The notes under the pieces are model-generated. The model did no database searches. It was not told where the DNA came from and saw only the letters and a list, made by a program, of their open reading frames with translations. Shown one piece after another: positions 11,113 to 21,439 of a stretch of 64,000 nucleotides of DNA. Origin of the DNA: Rhizobium sp. Q54. Lineage in GTDB: Bacteria; Pseudomonadota; Alphaproteobacteria; UBA828. Location of the stretch: the NCBI GenBank assembly GCA_945892755.1, contig CAMDDO010000004.1:3099-67098 (forward strand), read 5' to 3'. The position numbers and the translations under genes were made by a program. The first letter of the stretch is position 1. The number at the start of each line of letters is the position of its first letter.

Positions 11113-11604
11113 GTGTCGGCGCTCGACAATCCTTCGGTCCAACGAGTCCAGGCGGCGCTTGAAGCCGCCGGCTCCGCCGCCCGCGTGATCGCCCTGGTCG
11201 ATATTGCGCGCAGCGCCGAAGACGCCGCACGCGCGATCGGCACTGCGCTCGGCAGCATCGTCAAATCGCTTGTGTTCATGGTCGATGGGCAGGCGGTGAT
11301 GGCGCTGATCGCGGGTGACCGGCGTTGCGATATCGCGGCCTTGCCGGCCGCGCTTGGCCTTACGGGCAAGGCCAAACGCGCGGATGCCGAGATCGTGCGC
11401 GCCGCGACCGGTTTTGCCATCGGGGGTGTCGCGCCGGTTGGCCACGTGAACCAGCTGCCCATCGCGATCGATTCCAGCCTCCGGCGTTTTGATGCGATCT
11501 ATGCCGCGGCCGGTCATCCGCATTGCGTGTTTCCGACCAGTGTTGATGAATTGAGACGCCTGACCGGCGGGCGCGAGGTCGTGGGCATTGGCGTCGAGGC
11601 CTGA
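11113..11604 (+). CDS. YbaK/ProX-type aminoacyl-tRNA deacylase domain protein
   Basis: KSLVF...GxxxxAxxxGxRRxD and GGVAPxGH motifs typical of YbaK/EbsC. GAGGAGGA RBS precedes the GTG at 11113. Confidence 0.65.
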   Translation: MSALDNPSVQRVQAALEAAGSAARVIALVDIARSAEDAARAIGTALGSIVKSLVFMVDGQAVMALIAGDRRCDIAALPAALGLTGKAKRADAEIVRAATGFAIGGVAPVGHVNQLPIAIDSSLRRFDAIYAAAGHPHCVFPTSVDELRRLTGGREVVGIGVEA

Positions 11605-11804
11605 GTGGCGACTTGGTCGCGTGCGCCTTCGCGGCGACCGGGTCTTCACGCGGCGTTTAGGCTCTTGGCCTAGAATCCATGGGGTCCGCGCCATTCGCCG
11701 GTCGCGATTGACAGGGCTGGCGGCGGCGGATAGGAAGGCCGGCGCAGGCCGCTAGCGGCCGAAAGGAAGCGTTCCACGCCAGCGACGTGGGCCGAGGCGA
11801 GCAT

Positions 11805-11898
11805 GGACGGGTGGCCGAGCGGCTGAAGGCGGCGGTTTGCTAAACCGTTATACGGGCCTAAACCTGTATCGAGGGTTCGAATCCCTCCCCGTCCGCCA
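11805..11898 (+). tRNA. tRNA-Ser(GCU): tRNA-Ser (anticodon GCU), class II with long variable arm
   Basis: Acceptor GGACGGG/CCCGTCC, D-arm GCCGAGCGGCTGAAGGC, anticodon stem-loop GCGGT-TTGCTAA-ACCGT (anticodon GCT), long variable arm, T-arm GAGGG-TTCGAAT-CCCTC, discriminator G plus encoded CCA. Confidence 0.85.
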
Positions 11899-11964
11899 TC
11901 TCGGGTCTGTCCGGCCCGGAGACATAGGGAACGGAACGTACCCAAGACATGGGCGACAACCCGA

Positions 11965-12574
11965 CTATCCGGTCGCGCTTCGGCGCGCGGCCGCGTGGTA
12001 ATCACGATGACTTGGCGGTCGCGCGCGGCCGTCGACCCAATCCCAGAACTGCGAAGCGTCGCGGGCGAACGGCAACAAGGGCTGAAGCACCTTGCGGGCG
12101 TTCGGCAGTGCTATGGCTGTGCGTCGGTCAAGGTCGGGCCATAATGTCAGAACATCGCCGGACGCGACCAGGCCGCGGCACCTTGGGGCGCCGCATCGGC
12201 ACGCCATCGGCTCGATCAAATTGAGGTGGCCGTACTCGCAGGTGACCTGCTCGTCGGCCGCGATGTCGCGCACGGCGATCTCGAAGTCGCCGCCGACAGC
12301 AAGCATCGCCGGCTCACAGCTGTGATTGACGTAACGGCCATGGTCCCAGCACAAGATCACGCGACCTTCCGCGTCGATGTATGAATACTGCTCGAGGACC
12401 GGCTGATAGGGTGGCGGGAACGCCGCCACTTCCTTGGGCGTAAAAATCATGTCGAGGCGGCACAGCACCCAGAGGATCGTGCCGCGTGGGATCGGCTCGC
12501 GGGCAAAAACACCGTAGCCGATCTCTTCGCTGATGAAGCGCAATTCGGTGGCTGGATGGATCATCGCTCGCTCA
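11965..12574 (-). CDS. SET-domain protein lysine methyltransferase (bacterial)
   Basis: GYGVFA (GxG), RYVNHSCEPA (NHSC), EQVTCEYG (ELxxxY), and a Cys-rich post-SET CRCGAPRCRG. Convergent with the tRNA, 67 bp away. Confidence 0.75.
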
Positions 12575-12817
12575 TATGGTTCCCAGGGTGACAAGGTGGT
12601 CCCGATGCACCGCCTCCATGCGGGCGCGCGGCTCCGGCGCGTGCCGCAACAACAACTCGAACTGACGCCGTTGCAGCGATAGAAGCGTACACGGCATGAG
12701 GGTGCGCACGCTGGTCGTGCGTCGCACGGCGCGCAAAAGCGTGATCTCGCCAAAATGATCGCCCGCCTCAAGAACCGCGACTCGACGGCGGATGCCTTCC
12801 GCCTCGTCCCCCAACAC
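12572..12817 (-). pseudogene. C-terminal half of a cyclic-nucleotide-binding (CAP/Crp-type) domain, likely a remnant
   Basis: GDHFGEITLL..RTTSVRTL...LLSL.RRQFELLL matches the second half of a cNMP-binding domain. The N-terminal beta-strands are absent. It is in frame with the ALDH TGA stop (12854-12856), 36 nt upstream. Confidence 0.45.
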
Positions 12818-12853
12818 CTCGACCGCGCCGCCGACCCGCGGAGGGCAGTGCCC

Positions 12854-14278
12854 TCAGTGCTTGACCATGACGTGGCGGACGACGGTGTAGTCCTCGAGCG
12901 CGTACATCGAGAGGTCCTTGCCATAGCCCGAGTTCTTGATCCCGCCATGCGGCATCTCGTTGATCAGCATGAAGTGGCAATTGACCCAGGTGCAGCCATA
13001 TTGAAGCCGGGCCGCGGTCTGCATCGCCTTGCCGACATCCTTGGTCCAAACCGACGAGGCGAGGCCGTAATCCGAATCATTAGCCCAGCCGATGACCTCC
13101 TCGACGTCCTTGAAGCGCGTGACCGACACGACCGGACCGAACACCTCGCGACGAACGATCTCGTCCTCCTGGCGGGCGCCGGCGATCACGGTCGGCTCAT
13201 AAAAGAAGCCCTTGCCCGAGCTCGGGTGGCCGCCGGCCACGACGCTCATGTGCTTCTGCCCGGCGGCGCGCTCGACGAAGCTCGCGACGCGACTGCGCTG
13301 GCGCGCGCTGATCAAGGAGCCGATCTCGTTCTCGGCGTCCTCCGCCTTGTCGTAGCGGATGGTCTTTACGGCGCTCGCGAGGTCGGCGACGAAATTGTCG
13401 TGGATCTTGTTCGCGACATAGACCCGGCAGGCCGCCGTGCAGTCCTGCCCGGCATTGTAATAGCCAAAGGTCCGGATGCCCTCGACCACGGATTCGAGGT
13501 CGACATCGTCGAACACGATGACCGGCGCCTTGCCGCCGAGCTCGAGATGCGTGCGTTTCAAATTGCGCGAGGCGGCGGCCAGCACCTTCTGCCCGGTCGA
13601 GACATCGCCGGTGAGCGAGACCATGCGCACGCGCGGGTGGCCAACCAGCGCCGCGCCGACCGAGTCGCCACGCCCGACCACCACATTGAGCACGCCTTCG
13701 GGCAGAATGCCGGCCGCGAGCGCGGCGAATTTCAGCGTGGTCAGCGGCGTCTGCTCGGATGGCTTGAGCACCACCGTATTACCAGCGGCAAGCGCCGGCG
13801 CGAGCTTCCACGCAGCCATCATGAGCGGATAATTCCACGGCGCGATCGAACCCACGACGCCGACCGGATCGCGCCTAATCATCGAGGTGTGTCCGGCGAG
13901 ATACTCGCCCGCCGCGCTGCCCGATTGAACGCGCGCCGCGCCAGCGAAGAAGCGATAGCAATCGACCACCGCCGGAATCTCGTCGGCCAAGACCTTGTGA
14001 TAGGGCTTGCCGCAATTTTGCGCCTCGAGCCGGGCGAAGGCCTCGGCATCGGCTTCGATCGCAGCGGCGATTTGGAAGAGCTTTGATGAGCGCTCGGCTG
14101 GCGTGGTGCGCGACCAGCGCGCGAAGGCGTGTTCGGCGGCCGCGACCGCTTCGTCGACCTGCTCGGGGCTCGCCTCCGGCAGCTTGACAATGGTCTGGCC
14201 GGTCGCCGGGTTGAGGATGATCTCTTCGCCCTCGGTTCCGGCGACGAATTTGCCGCCGATCAACATGGCATTTTGCAT
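12854..14278 (-). CDS. NAD(P)-dependent aldehyde dehydrogenase
   Basis: ALDH catalytic motifs ELGGKAP and the GQDCTA Cys site. Start [11 protein letters not shown] is preceded by an AAGGGAGA RBS. Confidence 0.9.
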   Translation of the reverse strand: MQNAMLIGGKFVAGTEGEEIILNPATGQTIVKLPEASPEQVDEAVAAAEHAFARWSRTTPAERSSKLFQIAAAIEADAEAFARLEAQNCGKPYHKVLADEIPAVVDCYRFFAGAARVQSGSAAGEYLAGHTSMIRRDPVGVVGSIAPWNYPLMMAAWKLAPALAAGNTVVLKPSEQTPLTTLKFAALAAGILPEGVLNVVVGRGDSVGAALVGHPRVRMVSLTGDVSTGQKVLAAASRNLKRTHLELGGKAPVIVFDDVDLESVVEGIRTFGYYNAGQDCTAACRVYVANKIHDNFVADLASAVKTIRYDKAEDAENEIGSLISARQRSRVASFVERAAGQKHMSVVAGGHPSSGKGFFYEPTVIAGARQEDEIVRREVFGPVVSVTRFKDVEEVIGWANDSDYGLASSVWTKDVGKAMQTAARLQYGCTWVNCHFMLINEMPHGGIKNSGYGKDLSMYALEDYTVVRHVMVKH

Positions 14279-14306
14279 GGCTAGTCTCCCTTCATGGGGC
14301 GGGTGC

Positions 14307-15143
14307 TCAACGGCTCCCGCCGGCAATGTGTTCGCCGCGGCGCGTCAAATAATAGGCGCCGAGAATGGGCAGGGACGTGACCGCGATGATGAAGACCGCG
14401 ACCACGTTGGTGACCGGACGTTGGCGCGGTCTGACCAGCTCGTTCAGCATCCAGATCGGCAGCGTGCTTTGCTGGCCGGCGGTAAAGGTCGTGACGATGA
14501 CCTCGTCGAAGGAGAGCGCGAAGGCGAGCATGCCGCCGGCCAGGAGCGCCGTCGCGATGTTCGGCAGAAGAACGTGGCGGAAGGTCTGGAAGCCGTCCGC
14601 GCCGAGGTCCATCGAGGCCTCGAGCATCGAACCCGAGGTGCGTCGAAAACGCGCGATCACGTTGTTGTAGACGACGACGACGCAGAACGTCGCGTGACCG
14701 AGCACGATGGTCCAGAAGCTGAACGGAATCTCAGCCAGGCTGAACGCCGAACGCAGCGAGATGCCCGTGATGATGCCGGGCAGCGCGATCGGCAAGACGA
14801 GCAGCAGCGAGACCGATTCGCGGCCGAAAAAATTGAAGCGCCAGAGCGCGGCCGAGGCGAGTGTACCCAAGACCAACGCGACCACGGTCGAGATCGCCGC
14901 GACCTTGAGCGAGAGCCCGACCGCCTGCCAGATGTCGGGCCGTTCCCAGACCGCGGCGAACCACTTGGCGGTCAGGCCCGGCGGCGGGAACTGGTACGAC
15001 TTCTCCTCGGTGGTGAAGGCGTAGAGCAGAATGAGCAGGAGCGGGATGTGCAGGAAGGCGAGTCCGGCGATGACCGCCAGCCTCAGCGTCAACGCCGCGG
15101 GCTTCTTTTCCGCTGCCGCGCGCGCCTTGCGTCTAGAGCGCAT
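14307..15143 (-). CDS. ABC transporter permease (PotC/PotI-like)
   Basis: 6-TM permease with an EAA-like loop; part of a potABCD-like operon. Confidence 0.85.
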   Translation of the reverse strand: MRSRRKARAAAEKKPAALTLRLAVIAGLAFLHIPLLLILLYAFTTEEKSYQFPPPGLTAKWFAAVWERPDIWQAVGLSLKVAAISTVVALVLGTLASAALWRFNFFGRESVSLLLVLPIALPGIITGISLRSAFSLAEIPFSFWTIVLGHATFCVVVVYNNVIARFRRTSGSMLEASMDLGADGFQTFRHVLLPNIATALLAGGMLAFALSFDEVIVTTFTAGQQSTLPIWMLNELVRPRQRPVTNVVAVFIIAVTSLPILGAYYLTRRGEHIAGGSR

Positions 15144-16077
15144 CGAAGGCTCCGAGCTTTTTCGCGCCGAACAAATAGATCGCCATGATCACGATCGGCA
15201 CGACGGTGAACGCCGCGGCGAGCGGGATGTTTCCGGCGGTGCCCTGGTGGATGAAGACCGCCTGGCCGATGAAGATGCGCGACTGACCGATGATCTGCGG
15301 AATGATGTAGTCGCCGAGCGTGAGCGAGAAAGTGAAGATCGAACCCGCGACAACGCCAGGGAAGGCAAGCGGCAGGATCACCTTGCGGAAGGTCTGGCGC
15401 GGTTTGGCGCCAAGATCGGCCGAGGCCTCCAGCAACGAGGCAGGCACGCGCTCGAGCGCGGCCTGAATCGGCAGTATCATGAACGGCAGCCAGATATAGA
15501 CGAAGACGATGAAGGTGCCGATATAGCTGATCGAAAGCGACGGTCCGCCGATCACCGGAATTGCCAGAATGCCGTCGAGCAGCCAGGCGAGCCCAAGTTG
15601 ATCGAAGACCCAGGTGACGATGCCTTCCTTGGCGAGGATCAGCTTCCAGGCATAGACCCGCACCAAATAGCTCGACCATAGCGGCAGCATGACGAGCAAA
15701 TAGAGCACGGCCTTGGTGCGCCCGGTCGCGTGCAACGCCATGTAGCGCGCGATCGGAAACGCGATGGCGGCGGCGGCGATGGTGACGGCGGCGGCCATCA
15801 TCACGGTGCGGCCGATGATGTCGAGATTGGCCGGGTGCGCGAGCTCGCCGTAGGTGCGCAACGTGAACTCGCGATTGACCACGCCGGAAAACTCGTCAAT
15901 CGAGAAGAAGCTTTGCAGCAGGAGCGCGATCAACGAGCCCAGATAGACCACGCCGAGCCAGAGGATTGGCGGCCCGAGCAACGCGAGCAGCAGAAGGTGC
16001 GGGTGGCGATAGAGCACGCCCGAGAGCCGGCGCAGGGGCGAGGTGCGCGGCATGGGCTCGAGCGCCAGCGCAGTCAC
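15133..16077 (-). CDS. ABC transporter permease (PotB/PotH-like)
   Basis: EAAxDLGA EAA loop, polyamine-type permease. Confidence 0.85.
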   Translation of the reverse strand: MTALALEPMPRTSPLRRLSGVLYRHPHLLLLALLGPPILWLGVVYLGSLIALLLQSFFSIDEFSGVVNREFTLRTYGELAHPANLDIIGRTVMMAAAVTIAAAAIAFPIARYMALHATGRTKAVLYLLVMLPLWSSYLVRVYAWKLILAKEGIVTWVFDQLGLAWLLDGILAIPVIGGPSLSISYIGTFIVFVYIWLPFMILPIQAALERVPASLLEASADLGAKPRQTFRKVILPLAFPGVVAGSIFTFSLTLGDYIIPQIIGQSRIFIGQAVFIHQGTAGNIPLAAAFTVVPIVIMAIYLFGAKKLGAFDAL

Positions 16078-17108
16078 GGCGGCGCCTCCGAATCGGGCCC
16101 AAGTGGCGTCATGTCATCGAGCCGCCAAGCGAGGCGCACCCGACCATCGGCGCTCGCCGCCATGGGCTCGGCCTCGTTCTGACGCTGCGCGATGAGGACC
16201 AAGCCGTCGGTCAGTCTGATTTCATAGCGCGTATGGCTGCCGTGATACTGGGCCGCCACGACTTGGCCGTCGGTCATGGCCCAGCCGGTCTCCGGCATGG
16301 CGCCGCCCGCGGCAAAGCGAATCTTCTCCGGCCTGAGCGCGAAAGTGCCAGCTCGGCCGGCCAGGCGCTGGGCGCTAGCCGGCTCGATGATGTTCGCGTG
16401 GCCGACGAAATCGGCCACGAAGCGCGTGGCGGGGCGGGCATAGATGGTTTCGGGTGTATCGACCTGGGCGATGCGCCCCTTGTTGAACACGGCAACCCGA
16501 TCGCTCATCGAGAGCGCCTCGCCCTGGTCGTGCGTGACAAAGACGAAGGTGATGCCAAGCGAGCGTTGCAAGGTCTTCAACTCGCTCTGCATTTCCTCGC
16601 GCAGCTTAAGGTCAAGCGCGCCGAGCGGCTCGTCCAGCAAGAGCACCTTGGGTTGATTGATCAGCGCGCGCGCGAGCGCGACACGCTGGCGTTGGCCGCC
16701 CGAGAGCTGGCTCGGCCGGCGGGTCTCGAGGCCTTCGAGGCGGACCAGGTTGAGCATTTCGGCGCCGCGGCCATGGCGTTCCCGCCGTGACACGCGCCGC
16801 ACCATCAGCCCGTAGCAGACATTGTCGATGACGTTCATGTGCGGGAACAGCGCGTAGTCTTGGAACACGGTATTGACGTCGCGCTCGAACGGCGGCAGGC
16901 GGTCCGCCTGAACGCCGAAGATTTCGATATGGCCCGCGCTCGGGCGCTCGAAGCCGGCGATTAGCCTAAGACAGGTGGTTTTGCCCGAACCTGACGGGCC
17001 GAGCATGGCGAAGAATTCACCCGCGCGTACCTCGAGGCTGACGTCATCGACCGCGCGCACCTCGCCGAAATGACGCGAGACACGCTCGAAGCGAACGGCG
17101 ATATCCAC
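16074..17108 (-). CDS. ABC transporter ATP-binding protein (PotA/PotG-like)
   Basis: Walker [10 protein letters not shown], signature [15 protein letters not shown], Walker B LLLDEP, C-terminal TOBE domain. Confidence 0.9.
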   Translation of the reverse strand: MDIAVRFERVSRHFGEVRAVDDVSLEVRAGEFFAMLGPSGSGKTTCLRLIAGFERPSAGHIEIFGVQADRLPPFERDVNTVFQDYALFPHMNVIDNVCYGLMVRRVSRRERHGRGAEMLNLVRLEGLETRRPSQLSGGQRQRVALARALINQPKVLLLDEPLGALDLKLREEMQSELKTLQRSLGITFVFVTHDQGEALSMSDRVAVFNKGRIAQVDTPETIYARPATRFVADFVGHANIIEPASAQRLAGRAGTFALRPEKIRFAAGGAMPETGWAMTDGQVVAAQYHGSHTRYEIRLTDGLVLIAQRQNEAEPMAASADGRVRLAWRLDDMTPLGPDSEAPP

Positions 17109-17192
17109 GGCGCGATCCGCGTCACGCTCCCGGCACGAAACCGCGCCGCCGCCCGCTGCGGGCGACGACGCGGCTTCAAGCCGATCGCGATC

Positions 17193-18359
17193 TCAGCGAC
17201 CGCCGAGAACCGCGATGTAGTCGGTCACCCAGCGATAATAGGGCACGCAGGTGCCCTGGCTGGCGCATTTGGAAACCGGCGTGCGCCAGAAGTGGATGCG
17301 CTCGAAATTGTCGAGACCGTTGGTCTTGCAGCCCTCGTCGGTCAGCAGCGCATTGCCCTTACAGGCGTCGAGCACGGCGGGGACCGAGCCAAACCAGGCC
17401 GCAAGGTCGCCCTGGAGCTTCGGGTTGATCGAGTGCTCGAGCCATAGATAGGCGCAGTTCGGATGCGGCGCGTCGGCGTGCATCATGGTGGTATCGGCCC
17501 ACCCCGTGGCGCCCTCTTCGGGGACCGTGCTGCCGACCGGCTTCTTCTGCGAAGCGAGGATGTTGACCTGGAATGGCCAGGACGACGACGCGACCACGCC
17601 TTCGTTGGTGAAATCGTCGATCTGCACGAACGCGTCGTGCCAATAGCGCCCGACGATCTGGCGCTGCTGGCGCAGCAGCGTGAGCGCCGCCTTGTATTGA
17701 TCCTCGTTCAACTCATAGGGGTCCTTGATGCCGAGCTCGGGCTTGTGCTTCATCAGGTACATCGCCGCGTCGGCGATATAGATCGGGCCGTCGAAGGCCT
17801 GCACGCGGCCTTTGTTGGGCTTGCCGTCGGGCAGCGTGGTTTCCTCGAAGACGACCGACCAGCTCTTGGGTGGCTCCTTGAAAATGTTGGTGTTGTACAT
17901 CAGCACGTTCGAGCCCCACTGATAGGGCACGCCATAATGCACGCCGTCGACCGTGTGCCACGGCGCCTTCTGCAAGCGCGGATCCACCTTCTTCCAGCTC
18001 GGGATCAGGTCGACGTTGACGGGCTGCACGCGCTTGCCCGAGATCAGGCGGAGGCTGGCGTCGCCCGAGGCAGTAACCAGGTCGAAGCCGCCTTCGTTCA
18101 TGAGCGCGACCATTTCGTCGGACGTGCCCGCTGTCTTCACGTTGACCTTGCAACTCGTCTTCTTCTCGAAGTCGGTCACCCAGTCGAAATTCTTGTCGGT
18201 CTCGCCGCGCTCGAGATAGCCGGGCCACGCGACGATATCGACCGCGCCTTCGCCGGCGCCAATTTTCTTGACCATATCAGCGGCGTCTGAGGGGCTGGTC
18301 GACGAGACGGCGATGAGGGCCGTAGCGGCCAGCACACCGAACACAGTGCTCCGGAGCAT
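17193..18359 (-). CDS. periplasmic polyamine-type (PotD/PotF family) substrate-binding protein
   Basis: Signal peptide and PotD/PotF-like fold, first gene of the transporter operon. Confidence 0.85.
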   Translation of the reverse strand: MLRSTVFGVLAATALIAVSSTSPSDAADMVKKIGAGEGAVDIVAWPGYLERGETDKNFDWVTDFEKKTSCKVNVKTAGTSDEMVALMNEGGFDLVTASGDASLRLISGKRVQPVNVDLIPSWKKVDPRLQKAPWHTVDGVHYGVPYQWGSNVLMYNTNIFKEPPKSWSVVFEETTLPDGKPNKGRVQAFDGPIYIADAAMYLMKHKPELGIKDPYELNEDQYKAALTLLRQQRQIVGRYWHDAFVQIDDFTNEGVVASSSWPFQVNILASQKKPVGSTVPEEGATGWADTTMMHADAPHPNCAYLWLEHSINPKLQGDLAAWFGSVPAVLDACKGNALLTDEGCKTNGLDNFERIHFWRTPVSKCASQGTCVPYYRWVTDYIAVLGGR

Positions 18360-18467
18360 GAGCGTCCTCCCAATGGTTGTTTGTGGCGCGGCGCGCTGCG
18401 GTCGCGCGCCACTGGGTAAATCCTAGAGAAGCCCGGCTCACTTCGCCATTTCAAAAATCAGAATGGT

Positions 18468-18488
18468 AAATTCGGAAATACCGAATTT
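18468..18488. promoter_or_regulatory. AT-rich palindrome AAATTCGG-N5-CCGAATTT overlapping the LysR stop, upstream of the transporter operon
   Basis: Perfect 8-bp inverted repeat inside an unusually AT-rich stretch. On the minus strand it is followed by a TTTTT run, so it could instead be the lysR terminator. Confidence 0.3.
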
Positions 18489-19413
18489 ATCCTTCGGCCG
18501 AACCTATGTGCCGGGGCTGTGGCCGATGTTCGCGCGCGACCTCCAGGAAATTGGCCGCCGCCAGGGTCAGCGGCGCACCCCGCCGCCATGACAGACCGAC
18601 ATCGAGCGTCGGCAATCTATCGGCGAGTGAGCGGATCTCGAGCCGATCGCCCTCGAGCGACCACGGCCGAAACGCGAGATCGGGCAGGATCGTGACGCCG
18701 GCGCCAGTCGCCACCAGGCTGCGCACCGCCTCGACCGAGCTGGTGCGAAGCGCGATCGGCGGCCTGATGCCCGCGGCGCGTAAATAGGCGGCCGAGGACT
18801 GCTCGAGCTCGTCAACGGCAAGAACGATCAGCGGCTCCTCGCTCAAATCGTGCAGCGGCACGCTGTCGCGCGCCAGCAAGGCATGGCTCGCTGGCAACCA
18901 AAGGCGATAGGACGAAGTGACCAAAACCTCGGATTCGAGCGCCATCTGGTTTGCGAGGTTCGAGACGATGAGAGCCGCGATATCGAGTTCGCCATTGACC
19001 AGGAGATGTTCGACATAGTCGCGGCTGTCCTCGACCACCGTGACCCTTACCTCGGGATAGGCGCGTCGATAACGGGCCAGCAAGTCGGCCAGATAATAGC
19101 CCGCGACCAGGCTCGTCACGCCCAGATTGACCACGCCCTCGACCGGAATGTCGTCGACATGCAGCGCGCGTTCGGCACTGCCGACCGTCGCCAGGATATT
19201 CTCGGCGTGGCGCAAGAACTGGTGGCCCTTGTGAGTGAGCGTGAGGCCCTTTGCCGAGCGATAAAAGAGCGTCGCGCGCAGATGTTCTTGCAGCGCCTTG
19301 AGGGCTTCGGCCACCGTCGAGGGCGAGGCACCGATATCGTGCGCCGCACGGGTCAACGATCCGCGCTCGGCGACCGCGACGAAATAGCGTACTTGTCTTA
19401 GCGAAAGCGCCAT
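18487..19413 (-). CDS. LysR-family transcriptional regulator
   Basis: N-terminal wHTH (LRQVRYFVAVAERGSLTRAA) plus LysR substrate-binding domain. Confidence 0.9.
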   Translation of the reverse strand: MALSLRQVRYFVAVAERGSLTRAAHDIGASPSTVAEALKALQEHLRATLFYRSAKGLTLTHKGHQFLRHAENILATVGSAERALHVDDIPVEGVVNLGVTSLVAGYYLADLLARYRRAYPEVRVTVVEDSRDYVEHLLVNGELDIAALIVSNLANQMALESEVLVTSSYRLWLPASHALLARDSVPLHDLSEEPLIVLAVDELEQSSAAYLRAAGIRPPIALRTSSVEAVRSLVATGAGVTILPDLAFRPWSLEGDRLEIRSLADRLPTLDVGLSWRRGAPLTLAAANFLEVAREHRPQPRHIGSAEG

Positions 19414-19504
19414 CGAACCGCCTCGACCGATCGTCGATCGGCCTCATCGTGGCGGCGCTTCGCGGCGCGGTGCAGTCGCGAAGAGTCGCGCTCACACCGG
19501 CTGT

Positions 19505-19828
19505 TCACAACACGGAACTGTAATCCAAGGGCGAGACTGCTCTGATCGCTTCCCGCCGCTTGTAGCGCTCGACCAGGTTGGAAACCTCGACCACCGAAAG
19601 CGTCAAGAGAAACAGGCGATGTTCCGGCTCCTTCATGGCGTCGATCGGAAACTTGTCGAGATGGGCGACGATCTCTTCCATACGCGGGAACACCGCCTCA
19701 TAGAATGCGCGGACCTCATCCATCGTGCTGGCCTCGCGCTTCTCGGTGCGCTGGCGTTCGCGCTCCAACGACCAGTCGAGGAAAGGCTCGAGGTCGCGAA
19801 ACGGCGCCGGCAATGCATGATCGCTCAT
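19505..19828 (-). CDS. hypothetical 107-aa protein translationally coupled to the Rieske oxygenase
   Basis: ATGA overlap with the oxygenase stop. No recognisable motif. Confidence 0.5.
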   Translation of the reverse strand: MSDHALPAPFRDLEPFLDWSLERERQRTEKREASTMDEVRAFYEAVFPRMEEIVAHLDKFPIDAMKEPEHRLFLLTLSVVEVSNLVERYKRREAIRAVSPLDYSSVL

Positions 19829-21069
19829 CGCGATGCCTCAATCTGCGGAGCCGGTTTGGCGTTCCGGTAGAAGCCCACATGGTCTTCCATAACCTTGTGG
19901 AAATAGCGGATCATGATTTCCTCGTCGCCGAATTGCAGATGCGTCTTGGCCCGCGAGGCCAAGCCTCTATAGAGCGCTTCATGGGCGATTGAATCTTCCT
20001 GTTGCACGTCGCGGATCAGGCACTTGAAGAATTCCTGCGAAATCCGCCGCCCGGCCTTCATCGCCGTCGGAAAATAATAGCGGATCTCCCAAATCGTCCG
20101 ATCGACCGCGAGCGGCCAGAAATTGTAGGTCGCGAAACCGTCTTCGCTTGGACCGTGGAACAGGATGATGACCATGTTGGGGAACAGCACGTAGAAGTCG
20201 AACTCGCCGACGAGCTGCTTGATGCGCAAGCCCTCGGGGCCACGGTCGATCTTGCCGAGCAAGGTCTCAAGCGACGACAGTTTGTATTCGGGTACGAACT
20301 CGCATGACCACAGCGTGTGACGCTCGTAGAGCCTTACGTCCAAGAGCCTGGTATGCTTTTTCTCGTTCAGCAGAAAGGTGTGGCCGATCAAAAGCGGATG
20401 CTGGAACGGCAGGTGATAGACCTCGTTTTGTGCGTCGAGTGCGATCTTCCAGTTGGTGCGTTCTTCGACCTTGTACGTCTGCAACAACGCCATCTCGTTG
20501 AACGGGCAACCCTCCAGCTGATCGGCGACGCCGCCAAGATAGTCACGCAAGCTCTGAGTCGGTTTCGGATCGAGATAAACGAAAATGAAGCCGCCCCAGA
20601 CATCGCTATTGACCGGCGTCAGGCCGTGTTTCGTTTTGTCGATTCCGAAGAAACTCTCCTCGTCGGGCACGCCGACAAGCTCGCCCCTATCGTTGTACTG
20701 CCAATTGTGGAAGGGACAGAACAAGCCAACCGAACATTGGCCGCTTTCCTGCGGGACGACCAAATTTCCCCGGTGCGAACAGACATTGTGGAACACACGG
20801 ATCACATTGTCCTTGCCGCGAATGACCAGCAGAGAGGCCTTGCACACCGCCAGATCGCGCACGAAGAAGCTGCCCGGTTTCGGCACGTCGTCGATTCGGC
20901 AGAGATTGACCCAGGTGCGGCGGAAGACCCGGTCGCGCTCGAGCTCGAAATATTCCGGTGAAATACAAGGCTCGGCCGGGACGGGGCCCTTGCCCAGATC
21001 GGGGTACTTATCGGCCCACTGTGTATTGCGCAGCAGCGTCTTCATCGTGCACCCCTCGAAAAAGGCCAA
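19825..21069 (-). CDS. Rieske [2Fe-2S] non-heme iron oxygenase alpha subunit
   Basis: Rieske motif CSHRG...CPFHNW and a mononuclear iron site N-E-VYH-LPFQH in the catalytic domain. Confidence 0.85.
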   Translation of the reverse strand: MAFFEGCTMKTLLRNTQWADKYPDLGKGPVPAEPCISPEYFELERDRVFRRTWVNLCRIDDVPKPGSFFVRDLAVCKASLLVIRGKDNVIRVFHNVCSHRGNLVVPQESGQCSVGLFCPFHNWQYNDRGELVGVPDEESFFGIDKTKHGLTPVNSDVWGGFIFVYLDPKPTQSLRDYLGGVADQLEGCPFNEMALLQTYKVEERTNWKIALDAQNEVYHLPFQHPLLIGHTFLLNEKKHTRLLDVRLYERHTLWSCEFVPEYKLSSLETLLGKIDRGPEGLRIKQLVGEFDFYVLFPNMVIILFHGPSEDGFATYNFWPLAVDRTIWEIRYYFPTAMKAGRRISQEFFKCLIRDVQQEDSIAHEALYRGLASRAKTHLQFGDEEIMIRYFHKVMEDHVGFYRNAKPAPQIEASR

Positions 21070-21195
21070 TCGGAGAAGCCTGTTGGGCGGAAATCATAGG
21101 TTTTGCCGGGCCCTGACGCCAGTGTGCTCGTGCCGCCGACGCGACCTAGACCGGGCTCCGTGTTCGTTTTCTGAACATTGCGCTTGACTAGCCTC

Positions 21196-21210
21196 GTTCA
21201 CTTCGTGAAC
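21196..21210. promoter_or_regulatory. dyad GTTCAC-TTC-GTGAAC containing a LysR-type T-N11-A box, in the divergent intergenic region
   Basis: Perfect palindrome about 127 bp upstream of the Rieske gene start and about 230 bp upstream of the glycan cluster. A TTGACT -35-like hexamer lies at 21184-21189 in a locally AT-rich stretch. Confidence 0.35.
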
Positions 21211-21439
21211 ATGAAAAATGCTCGGGCGGACAAGGTGATGTCGGCACGCGCGCGCTCGAATAGCAGCCGGGGCCTAGGGCACCCGAACGGCGGTAGCGTG
21301 GCCAGCCGGCGCTGCAACCGCGTAAGTCTTTGACAAATCACCACTACTGACCGGTCCAGCACGCCTCGGCGCACGCCGCTTGGGCGCGGGGCCATGACAT
21401 CGCGCAGGTGACAGGACGGACGATGTCGGCGACAGCGCC

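Noticed and set aside
8325-11462. Long minus-strand ORFs (8325..9683, 9301..10284, 10449..11462) antisense to gatB and the GSTs
   Set aside because: They have no recognisable motifs and a composition biased to R/A/G. The + strand genes are strongly conserved families, so these are shadow ORFs.
11805-11898. Possibility that the structured RNA is tmRNA or a tRNA-Leu/Sec
   Set aside because: It is 94 nt with a 7-nt anticodon loop TTGCTAA (anticodon GCU), a long variable arm and a G discriminator. That fits a class II tRNA-Ser and not tmRNA, and the anticodon excludes Leu/Sec.
11605-12000. Looked for integrase/recombinase or att direct repeats flanking the tRNA to define a genomic island
   Set aside because: No integrase, transposase or phage genes occur anywhere in the window, and no obvious repeat of the tRNA 3' end was seen. 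The island hypothesis rests only on the SET gene and the truncated domain, so it is reported as a low-confidence finding rather than a mobile-element feature.
17070-18290. + strand ORFs 17070..17447 and 17463..18290 opposite the binding-protein and ATPase genes
   Set aside because: They are antisense to conserved PotA/PotD-like genes and have no motifs, so they are shadow ORFs.
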